45,978 nt of DNA from an uncultured Candidatus Saccharibacteria bacterium (GTDB lineage Bacteria > Patescibacteriota > Minisyncoccia > Phycocordibacterales > GWA1-40-21): the NCBI GenBank assembly GCA_964479775.1, contig CAYZNH010000001.1, forward strand, positions 30,032-76,009, given 5' to 3'. A program made the translations under genes and the position numbers. This document shows, piece after piece, positions 38,991 through 45,978 of this stretch; position 1 is the first letter of the stretch; each line of letters opens with the position of its first letter. The notes under the pieces were generated by a model. That model worked only from the letters and a program-made list of their open reading frames with translations, ran no database searches and had not been told where the DNA came from.

Positions 38991-40214
38991 ATGCTAATGA
39001 AAAAGAAGATAACTTATTGGGCAATGTATGATTTTGCAAATTCATTTGTGCAAATGGCATACCTTTTCTATTTTTCTCAATGGTTGGTTATCGATCAAGG
39101 CAAATCAGCTTGGTGGTACAATTTGGCACTTGTTTTATCTTCTATTTTATTTTTTCTTACAGCTCCTTATATTGGTAAAAAAATTGATATATCAAAAAAG
39201 AAAGTTGTTGGTTTACGTATTTGGACTTTACTATCATTTACTGGCTTTTTGATTCTATCTTTATTGATGATGCTTACAAATGATCAAGAAATATTGGCTA
39301 CAGGATTATTTATTTTTTCAACGTATTTTTATTTAGTTAGTTTTCTTTATTATACTCCAATATTGAATGATCTTTCCACAAAAGATAATTGTTCTCTGGT
39401 TTCTGGTATTGGTTTTGGGGCAAATAGTGTTGGTCAAGTTTTGGGTATTTTAGTTACAATACCATTTGTCAACGGGTTAACTTTGTTTGGTGATCCCGGA
39501 CGAGCACAAGCGTTATTACCAGCAACAATTCTTTTTGGTCTTTTTTCAATACCAATGACTTTTTTGTATCGAGAAGAAAAGATTATTAATAATTTTGTTG
39601 AAGAAAAAACTAAACCATCTGTTATCTCTATGTTTAAATCAGTTTTTTCTCATAAATCTCTTGCTTTTGTGTTGATATCATATTTTTTGTTTAGTGACTC
39701 TCTCTTAACTTTTGCTAATAATTTTCCTTTATATTTAGAAGTTGTCTTTAAGGCTACTGATACAACCAAATCTCTTTTAACTGCAGGTATTTTAATTCTC
39801 TCGGCCCTGGGTGCATTAATATTTGGTAAAATTTCTGATAAGATTGGAAATGTTAAAATACTTAAAACAATTATTATCGTTTGGTGTGTGTTGTTTTTGT
39901 TGATGTCAGTGACTACAAATTTTAATTTTGCCATTCCAATTTTTCTTTTTGCTGGTATATTGTTTGGACCAATTTTTTCAATCTCTCGTTCTCTTGTTGG
40001 TTTGTTATCACCAGAACATTTACGAGCTTCGTCTTATAGTTATTTAGTACTAGCTGAAAGATTTGCTACTTTTATTGGGCCGGCTGTTTGGAGTGTCGTT
40101 CTCATTATGGCAGGTGAGACAATAACTGGTTATCGTGCAGGTCTGTTTTCTTTGGGAATTCTTCTTGTTGTTAGTTTATTCGCTCTTAATAGGGTTAAAG
40201 AACCAGATAATTAA
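38991..40214 (+). CDS. MFS transporter, UMF1/Atg22-like family
   Basis: YWAMYDFANSFVQMAYLFYFSQW N-terminal signature and about 12 hydrophobic segments. The -10 TATATT at 38984-38989 suggests the real, leaderless start is the second ATG at 38997. Confidence 0.75.
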   Translation: MLMKKKITYWAMYDFANSFVQMAYLFYFSQWLVIDQGKSAWWYNLALVLSSILFFLTAPYIGKKIDISKKKVVGLRIWTLLSFTGFLILSLLMMLTNDQEILATGLFIFSTYFYLVSFLYYTPILNDLSTKDNCSLVSGIGFGANSVGQVLGILVTIPFVNGLTLFGDPGRAQALLPATILFGLFSIPMTFLYREEKIINNFVEEKTKPSVISMFKSVFSHKSLAFVLISYFLFSDSLLTFANNFPLYLEVVFKATDTTKSLLTAGILILSALGALIFGKISDKIGNVKILKTIIIVWCVLFLLMSVTTNFNFAIPIFLFAGILFGPIFSISRSLVGLLSPEHLRASSYSYLVLAERFATFIGPAVWSVVLIMAGETITGYRAGLFSLGILLVVSLFALNRVKEPDN

Positions 40215-40268
40215 GATATTGATATTTAAAAGTATGAGATTTTGTTAATTTTTAAATTATTATTTTAT

Positions 40269-40296
40269 TTGCATTTTTTTATTAAATTGCTAATCT
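40269..40296 (+). promoter_or_regulatory. promoter of the zinc-ribbon cassette
   Basis: TTGCAT 40269-40274, 16-nt spacer, TGcTAATCT 40288-40296. Confidence 0.45.
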
Positions 40297-40340
40297 ATTT
40301 CTTAGACGTATCAAACTTAAACGACGAGAGGAGGATTCAG

Positions 40341-40514
40341 ATGGGCTATAAGAATAAGCATTATTCGAAGAAAGATCGGACTAACGGTAATGGTCACCAC
40401 TGTACAGGGTGTAAGAAACCTCTTTCTGGTTCAAGAATCAAAGCTCAAAAAACGATGTGTGTCGGATGTGAGGCAGAATCTCATCAGACCCACCGTCAGC
40501 TTTCTCGCTGGTAG
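40341..40514 (+). CDS. 57-aa basic zinc-ribbon protein (CxxC-x16-CxxC), GC-enriched cassette 4
   Basis: SD GAGAGGAGGA (40326-40335), then ATG 40341. Sequence MGYKNKHYSKKDRTNGNGHHCTGCKKPLSGSRIKAQKTMCVGCEAESHQTHRQLSRW. The ORF-track TTG start at 40242 adds an implausible AT-rich extension. Confidence 0.5.
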   Translation: MGYKNKHYSKKDRTNGNGHHCTGCKKPLSGSRIKAQKTMCVGCEAESHQTHRQLSRW

Positions 40515-40521
40515 TTTTTTT

Positions 40522-40553
40522 AAAAAAACGGGTCGCTTGCGACTCGTTTTTAT
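40522..40553 (+). terminator. terminator of the zinc-ribbon cassette
   Basis: ACGGGTCG (40528-40535) / CGACTCGT (40540-40547), loop CTTG. A-run before and T-run after. Confidence 0.75.
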
Positions 40554-40605
40554 TTATAATAATAAAATAGGTTTTATTATTATAAAAATATTGTATATTA
40601 GAGAT

Positions 40606-41748
40606 ATGAATAAAGAGCTAAGAAAAGGTCTAAGAACTTGGATAGAAATAGATAAAAAAGCTATTAAACATAATTTTAATACATTTAAAAAACTTTCTGG
40701 TGATAAAACAAAACTTTTAGCTGTTGTAAAATCCAATGCATATGGTCACAGTCTTGTGGATTTTTCTAAAGAAATGGTTACCCTTGGAGCAGATTTCCTG
40801 GGAGTAGACTCTATAGTTGAAGGTTTGGCATTGAGAAAAGAAAATATTAAAAAACCCATACTTGTACTCGGTTACACCTTACCAGAGCTTTTTATTGATG
40901 CTATAGAGAAAAATATAAGTATTACACTTTCAAGTTTTGATACAATCTCTGAAATAAAAAAGCTAGAAAATAAAACAAATAAAAAAATAAAAGTTCATCT
41001 AAAAGTTGATACAGGAATGTGTCGGCATGGTTTTCTTTTGAAAGATTTAGAAAAAGTTATAAAAGAAATAAAGAAATTAAAAAATATTGAGATAGAGGGT
41101 TTGTATACACATTTTTCTATTGCAAAAGATCCAGCTTCTCCAAACTTTACAAGAAAACAAATAAAAGAATTTATCCTTTGGAAAGAATCTTTTGAAAAGG
41201 AAGGGTTTAAACCAATTTGTCATACAAGTGCAACTTCTGGAGCTATAGTTTTTCCAGAAGCGAAGTTTGATATGGTGAGAATTGGTATTGGGCTTTATGG
41301 TCTTTGGCCATCAAAAGAAACAGAAATGGCTTTCTCGAATAAAATATTTTTAAAACCTGTTTTGAGTTGGAAGACAATAATAGGTGAGATAAAAACCTTA
41401 CCAAAGGGTTCGAGAGTGGGGTATGACGGAACAGAGATCTTAGAAAAAGAAACAAAAATTGCTATTTGCCCTGTTGGATATTGGCATGGTTTTCTCCGCG
41501 ATCTTTCTTGTAAAGCAAAGGTTCTAGTAAATGGAAAAAAGTGCAAAGTTCTTGGTAGAGTTTGTATGGATATAATAATGATAGATGTTTCAGAAATAAA
41601 AAATATTAAAGTAGGGGACGAAGTTGTAATAATAGGAGAGTCAGGAAAAGAAAAAATAACCGTTGATGACATGTCCTCAATAATATCAGGTTCAAGTTAT
41701 GAGTTTCTCACAAGAATAAATCCACTGATTAAAAGATTTTATTTGTAA
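40606..41748 (+). CDS. alr: alanine racemase
   Basis: AVVKSNAYGHS (PLP lysine motif) and GYDGT...ICPVGYWHG. The ORF-track start at 40390 overlaps the zinc-ribbon gene and its terminator. ATG 40606 (MNKELRKGLRTW) lies 6 nt after a -10 (TATATT 40594-40599). Confidence 0.85.
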   Translation: MNKELRKGLRTWIEIDKKAIKHNFNTFKKLSGDKTKLLAVVKSNAYGHSLVDFSKEMVTLGADFLGVDSIVEGLALRKENIKKPILVLGYTLPELFIDAIEKNISITLSSFDTISEIKKLENKTNKKIKVHLKVDTGMCRHGFLLKDLEKVIKEIKKLKNIEIEGLYTHFSIAKDPASPNFTRKQIKEFILWKESFEKEGFKPICHTSATSGAIVFPEAKFDMVRIGIGLYGLWPSKETEMAFSNKIFLKPVLSWKTIIGEIKTLPKGSRVGYDGTEILEKETKIAICPVGYWHGFLRDLSCKAKVLVNGKKCKVLGRVCMDIIMIDVSEIKNIKVGDEVVIIGESGKEKITVDDMSSIISGSSYEFLTRINPLIKRFYL

Positions 41749-41823
41749 AAATTTTGATTTTAGGAAGTTTATTGTTAGAATAATGAAAGTTTTGTTTTTA
41801 TTATTTTAATAAATAAATTTCTA

Positions 41824-44800
41824 ATGATATTTTTAATTAAAAAACCGTTTTTAATTCTGACGGTATTTTTGTCCATGTTTATCTTTAATAACTCTTTTGC
41901 AGAAACGTATATTGAGGATAATATTATATCTGTTGATACTACTTGGGCAAAAGAAAATAGCCCTTATATTTTAGGGGGCGATATTATTATAGATTCTGGA
42001 GTGACATTAACAATTGAATCTGGTGTTATTGTAAAAATTTTAAATAATTCTTATATAAATGTTTTTGGTAGTCTGTTTTCTAATGGGCAAGATGAGAATA
42101 TTAGTTTTATAACCGATGAGGGTTCTGTTTGGGGAGGTATCTATGTGGCTGATGGTGGAAGATTAGATATAAAAAATAATATAATTTCAAATGCTATAGA
42201 TTCTTTGTTGTTTGAAGATAGTAGTGGTTCTATAGATAACGTGCAAATAGTTGATTGTCAGGAAGGTATTAGTTTATATAGTAGTGAAATAGAATTAAAA
42301 AATAGTTCTCTAACAAATATTTTAAATTATTCTATTTATTTATCTTCTGCTTCAAAAATAATAATTAACAATACTAATTTTAGTAATATAGGAAGTAGTG
42401 TTGTTAATTTAAGTAATAATTCTTATTTAGATTTTATAAATTCAAATATTGATAATACAGATAGTTATTCTTTTTATGTTTTTAATAATAGTCATGCAAA
42501 AATATTAGATTCTAATATTAACAATACTTTAAAAGGTTTTTCTGCTTTTGGTGATAGTAGTATAGAAATTAAAAATTCCTCTTTTGATGGAATTATGAAT
42601 AATGATTGGTCTACTATTCCAATTTTTAATAATAGTAGTTTGATCATTTCTAGTTCAACGATTAAAAATATTTTTACTGATTCTCTTTTTCAAATATTTA
42701 ATGGTAGTACAGCATATATTTCTGGTTTGTTTGTTGACAATGTTGTTACTGATAATGTTTTTGTGGTTTTTGGTAGTGAATATTATGATAAAACTATTCT
42801 TAATATTGAAAACTCTAATATAAGAAATAAAAATGGTAATTCTTTTCAAATTTTTTCTAATACAAAAGCAAATATTTCAAAAACAAAAATAATAGACTCT
42901 TTAAATATTGGAATAGAAACTTTTTTATATCCAGAAATTACCATTGAAGATAGTGAGATATCTGGAAACGATATTGGTATAGCAAGTTACGGATCAAACT
43001 TAGAAGTAAAAAATAGTTCTATTGTTGGTAATAAGACTTTTGGAATATATAATATACCAATTGAAAGCGGTGCTCTTTCTATAAAAGCTATAAATAATTG
43101 GTGGGGTGATAAAAGTGGTCCATATAATGAATTATTAAATGCTACGGGGACAGGAAATATAGTTACTGAAAATGTTGGTTTCGTCCCCTGGTTAGAAAGT
43201 GATCCTAATAGTAAGAGAAATCCAGTAATTATTATTCCTGGAATATTGTCTAGTTACCTTAATAAAAATAATTACACGCACGAAGAAGTTTGGTTGAATT
43301 TGGAAAAGGCTTTATTGTCGAGAAATGATAATTATTTGGATGATTTACTTATGACAGAGTTTGGTGAACCAGATATGACTAAGACTTTGGTTTTACCAAC
43401 AGATATATTTAGGAAAATAAAAGTAACGAGTTTTGTTGAGGAAGATTTTTTTGATGGATTGATAAAAGAACTTGAAGAAGGTGGTTATAAAGAAGGAGAA
43501 GATTTGTTCGTTTTTCCTTACGACTGGCGTCTTGATATAAGAGATATTGTGGATAATTCCTATACATCACTAAATAAATCATTGAAAGATATGATAGATG
43601 AAATTTTAGAAAAAACTGGATCAGAAAAAATAGATATTGTAGCTCATAGTATGGGTGGTTTGATTTCAAAATATTATATTAAAAATTATGGTCAAGATAA
43701 GGTGGATGATTTTATAGATATTACTACTCCACATTTAGGTTCACCAGACGCTTTGAAAATTTTGATGTCGGGTGATGATATGGGAATAGGAGCAAAGGGT
43801 TTATCATTTCTTAATAAAAATAAAGTAAAAGAAATTTCTCAAAATATGCCTTCTGTATATCAACTACTACCAAGTCAGTCATATTTTTCTACTTCATTAC
43901 CCGATTATAATTATTACATAGATGACTTGGATGATTATGATGACAATAATATAAAAGGAAGATTATCTTTTGAAGAATCAAATAATTTTATAAAAAATAC
44001 TGGAAGAAATAGTTATGTTATGGACAGGTCTGTAAATATACATGATGAAATTGACTCTTTTAATTCTGAAGATTATGGTGTAGAAACATATAATGTTGTT
44101 GGTTGTGGCATTCCTACTGTTGGTAAGATCTTTACTTTGGGTAAGCAAAATGAATCAGATCCAGAATTTGATATTGCATATATAAATGGTGACGGGACTG
44201 TTCCACAAAGGAGCGCAGAAGCTTTAGTTTCAAAAAATACATATTATAAAACTGGAATAAAACATCCTATTATTTCTAGTTCAGATGGTGTAAAGGAGTT
44301 AGTATTTTCTTTATTAGAAAATAATATTGAGAGTTTTGACTATAGTTCTTTTAATACTATCTCTACTACTTCCGATAATTGTAAATTACCAAATGGAACA
44401 ACTTTGAGTTTTCATAGTCCCGTTGATGTGCATATTTATGATGAGTTAGGTAACCATACAGGACCAGATATAAATGGTGATATAGAAAATGGTATAGATG
44501 AGATATCTTATAATATTTTTGAAAATAATAAATTTGTATTTTTACCTGAAGGGAAAGAATATGAAATAAAATTACAAGCAACAGATATTGGTAGTTTTAG
44601 TTCTCATATTAAAAAGATTGAAGAAGGTGGTATAGTTTCTACTTCTTATTTTAGTACTATTCCTTTAAACAGTACAAGTACAAAGGCAAATGTGATTATA
44701 AAAGATGATATCCAAACCATAGAATTAGATAAAAATGGAGATGGATTGATAGAACAAATTATAAAACCATCTTCTATTATAATTGGAGATTCTCTGGTTG

Positions 44801-45567
44801 ATAGAGATACCCCGATTACAGCAGTAAATTTTATAAATATTAAAGAATCAGAAAATTCTTGGTATTCAAGGGATGTAGAAATAATGTTTAATGCAACAGA
44901 TACAGAATCGGGTATATTAAAAACAGAGTATTCTTTGGATAATGGTATTAATTATATTCAGGCTACAAGTAGTATAAAACTATCAAAAGAAGGAGAAAAT
45001 AAAATATTATATCGTTCTATAGATAAGGCAGGAAATATAGAAAAAGAAAAAAATATAAATATAAATATAGATAAAACAATACCAGAATTTTTATTTAATA
45101 TTGATTCTAAAAAGTTTGAATTAAATATTATTGGTTTTGATAATATTTCTTCTACTACATTAAAAGTATCTGATATTACAAAGAAACCAATTAAAAATCA
45201 TGTTTTCAAGAAGAGTAAAACTTATTTGTATAAAGTTTCTGATTTATCTGAATTAACTAATGAATTGATTTTAGAAATTAATCGTGAGAACGATAAAGTT
45301 CTTGATTATGATATTAGATTTCCAAATTTTAAAGATAATAAAAATATTTCTGTAACTGTTGTTAGGGATATTGATAAAAAGGGAAAAGTTAGAAGTTTTG
45401 TTCAAACAATAAGACAAGAGAGAGATATGATAACATACGTATATAATTCAAGGAGTAATAAAACAGTTATTTTTACAAAAGACGGTAGAGAAATTAGTAG
45501 AAAGATATATAATGAAGAAAAATTAGTTGAGTTTATTAGTGATAAGGGTGTAATAAAAATAAAGTAA
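41824..45567 (+). CDS. secreted 1247-aa protein: right-handed beta-helix repeats + LCAT/PGAP1-like alpha/beta-hydrolase (lipase) + Ig-like C-terminal modules
   Basis: Signal peptide. About 400 aa of N/S/I-rich 22-25-aa beta-helix-like repeats. PVIIIPGILSSYL and the nucleophile elbow VAHSMGG (43639-43659). Later WYSRDVEIMFNATDTESGILKTEYSLDNG...YRSIDKAGNIE (Ig-like / OmpL47-type module). Confidence 0.65.
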   Translation: MIFLIKKPFLILTVFLSMFIFNNSFAETYIEDNIISVDTTWAKENSPYILGGDIIIDSGVTLTIESGVIVKILNNSYINVFGSLFSNGQDENISFITDEGSVWGGIYVADGGRLDIKNNIISNAIDSLLFEDSSGSIDNVQIVDCQEGISLYSSEIELKNSSLTNILNYSIYLSSASKIIINNTNFSNIGSSVVNLSNNSYLDFINSNIDNTDSYSFYVFNNSHAKILDSNINNTLKGFSAFGDSSIEIKNSSFDGIMNNDWSTIPIFNNSSLIISSSTIKNIFTDSLFQIFNGSTAYISGLFVDNVVTDNVFVVFGSEYYDKTILNIENSNIRNKNGNSFQIFSNTKANISKTKIIDSLNIGIETFLYPEITIEDSEISGNDIGIASYGSNLEVKNSSIVGNKTFGIYNIPIESGALSIKAINNWWGDKSGPYNELLNATGTGNIVTENVGFVPWLESDPNSKRNPVIIIPGILSSYLNKNNYTHEEVWLNLEKALLSRNDNYLDDLLMTEFGEPDMTKTLVLPTDIFRKIKVTSFVEEDFFDGLIKELEEGGYKEGEDLFVFPYDWRLDIRDIVDNSYTSLNKSLKDMIDEILEKTGSEKIDIVAHSMGGLISKYYIKNYGQDKVDDFIDITTPHLGSPDALKILMSGDDMGIGAKGLSFLNKNKVKEISQNMPSVYQLLPSQSYFSTSLPDYNYYIDDLDDYDDNNIKGRLSFEESNNFIKNTGRNSYVMDRSVNIHDEIDSFNSEDYGVETYNVVGCGIPTVGKIFTLGKQNESDPEFDIAYINGDGTVPQRSAEALVSKNTYYKTGIKHPIISSSDGVKELVFSLLENNIESFDYSSFNTISTTSDNCKLPNGTTLSFHSPVDVHIYDELGNHTGPDINGDIENGIDEISYNIFENNKFVFLPEGKEYEIKLQATDIGSFSSHIKKIEEGGIVSTSYFSTIPLNSTSTKANVIIKDDIQTIELDKNGDGLIEQIIKPSSIIIGDSLVDRDTPITAVNFINIKESENSWYSRDVEIMFNATDTESGILKTEYSLDNGINYIQATSSIKLSKEGENKILYRSIDKAGNIEKEKNININIDKTIPEFLFNIDSKKFELNIIGFDNISSTTLKVSDITKKPIKNHVFKKSKTYLYKVSDLSELTNELILEINRENDKVLDYDIRFPNFKDNKNISVTVVRDIDKKGKVRSFVQTIRQERDMITYVYNSRSNKTVIFTKDGREISRKIYNEEKLVEFISDKGVIKIK

Positions 45568-45568
45568 A

Positions 45569-45865
45569 ATGTCAAAGATAAAATTGTTCCTTGTGTTTTT
45601 AATTAGTAATATCGTTCTTGTTGTACTTCCTTTAATTTGTTTTTATTTAATTAGTAGATTTAATTTTAGTTTAGATATAGCTTGGTTCTTGTACTACCTA
45701 TTAATTATGCCATTATTGGTGAATTCAATTATCTTATTTAAATTTAGAATTTATGACTTTTCTTATGTTTTTATGTTGTTTTTTACTATTTTTAGTTATT
45801 TTGTTTCTTATTATTCAGGCTTATTTTTTATTAGCGAAGTAATAAAAAATAGTTATTTGTTTTAA
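45569..45865 (+). CDS. hypothetical small polytopic membrane protein
   Basis: 98-aa ORF made almost entirely of hydrophobic helices. Starts 1 nt after the upstream stop. Confidence 0.4.
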   Translation: MSKIKLFLVFLISNIVLVVLPLICFYLISRFNFSLDIAWFLYYLLIMPLLVNSIILFKFRIYDFSYVFMLFFTIFSYFVSYYSGLFFISEVIKNSYLF

Positions 45866-45867
45866 TA

Positions 45868-45978
45868 ATGAAAATTAAAGATTTTCAAAAAGTTGATAGA
45901 CCTCGTGAAAAATTAAAAAAATATGGAACGAGTAAATTATCAGATAAGGAATTATTAGCGATTATTTTGTCTTCTGGT
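45868..45978 (+). CDS. radC: RadC-like JAB domain protein, N-terminal fragment (3' end outside window)
   Basis: MKIKDFQKVDRPREKLKKYGTSKLSDKELLAIILSSG matches the RadC N-terminal pattern (RPREKL...LSD.ELLAILL..G). Confidence 0.7.
   Translation, partial: MKIKDFQKVDRPREKLKKYGTSKLSDKELLAIILSSG

Noticed and set aside
40242-40340. TTG-initiated 33-codon extension of the zinc-ribbon ORF
   Set aside because: The extension is AT-rich promoter-like sequence (MLIFKLLFYLHFFIKLLIYF). The strong SD at 40326-40335 points to ATG 40341.
40390-40605. N-terminal 72-codon extension of alanine racemase overlapping the zinc-ribbon gene
   Set aside because: The extension reads through a clear terminator (40528-40547) and an AT-rich promoter region. 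The alr homology begins at MNKELRKG (ATG 40606).
1-45978. Alternative genetic code (UGA recoding, as in Gracilibacteria/Absconditabacteria)
   Set aside because: TGA terminates pheS (16345-16347), the tfoX-like gene (28436-28438) and cassette 1 at the expected protein lengths, with terminators or promoters right after. No housekeeping ORF is interrupted by in-frame TGA.

Overview
AT-rich (about 30% GC by hand counts) compact bacterial chromosome segment using the standard genetic code. Several traits fit a Candidate Phyla Radiation / Patescibacteria (Parcubacteria-like) genome, but this placement is inference only. The traits are N-terminally short ThrRS and PheS, a MYG1 homologue, non-oxidative pentose-phosphate genes, a sortase with PKD/CARDB surface proteins, and almost no Shine-Dalgarno sites. 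The backbone is housekeeping: gpmI (partial), obg, gatB, rpiB, rpe, fba, ctc/L25, rpmE, prfA, rpsB, tsf, tRNA-Thr, pheS, pheT, gyrB, thrS, dnaE, rnhB, clpB, tRNA-Tyr, alr, radC (partial). It also carries envelope genes: a processive GT2 synthase with a PEGA protein, a lytic transglycosylase, the sortase locus, and a 1247-aa beta-helix/lipase protein. The most unusual content is five compositionally foreign, self-contained single-gene cassettes wedged between housekeeping operons: 6727-7416, 19635-19811 (minus), 28639-29298, 38123-38878 and 40341-40514. Each is GC-enriched (about 55% in the two largest) and has its own promoter, a real Shine-Dalgarno site and its own terminator. Native genes here instead look leaderless, with -10 boxes 6-11 nt from the ATG and no SD. 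Cassettes 1 and 2 appear paralogous in protein C-terminus, promoter, structured leader and 3' UTR repeat motif. Their function is unknown. Other notable items: an apparently intact NlpC/P60 domain inserted in the B5 domain of PheT; a T-box leader upstream of thrS that carries a palindromic repeat insertion; a family of GCGAAGC-core palindromic, MITE-like elements filling several intergenic regions, one with a G12 tract; an array of tRNA-Tyr 3'-end-derived fragments with compensatory stem changes; and a mosaic PKD-repeat surface protein whose sortase-like signal is internal. No CRISPR array, rRNA, transposase or integrase gene was seen.
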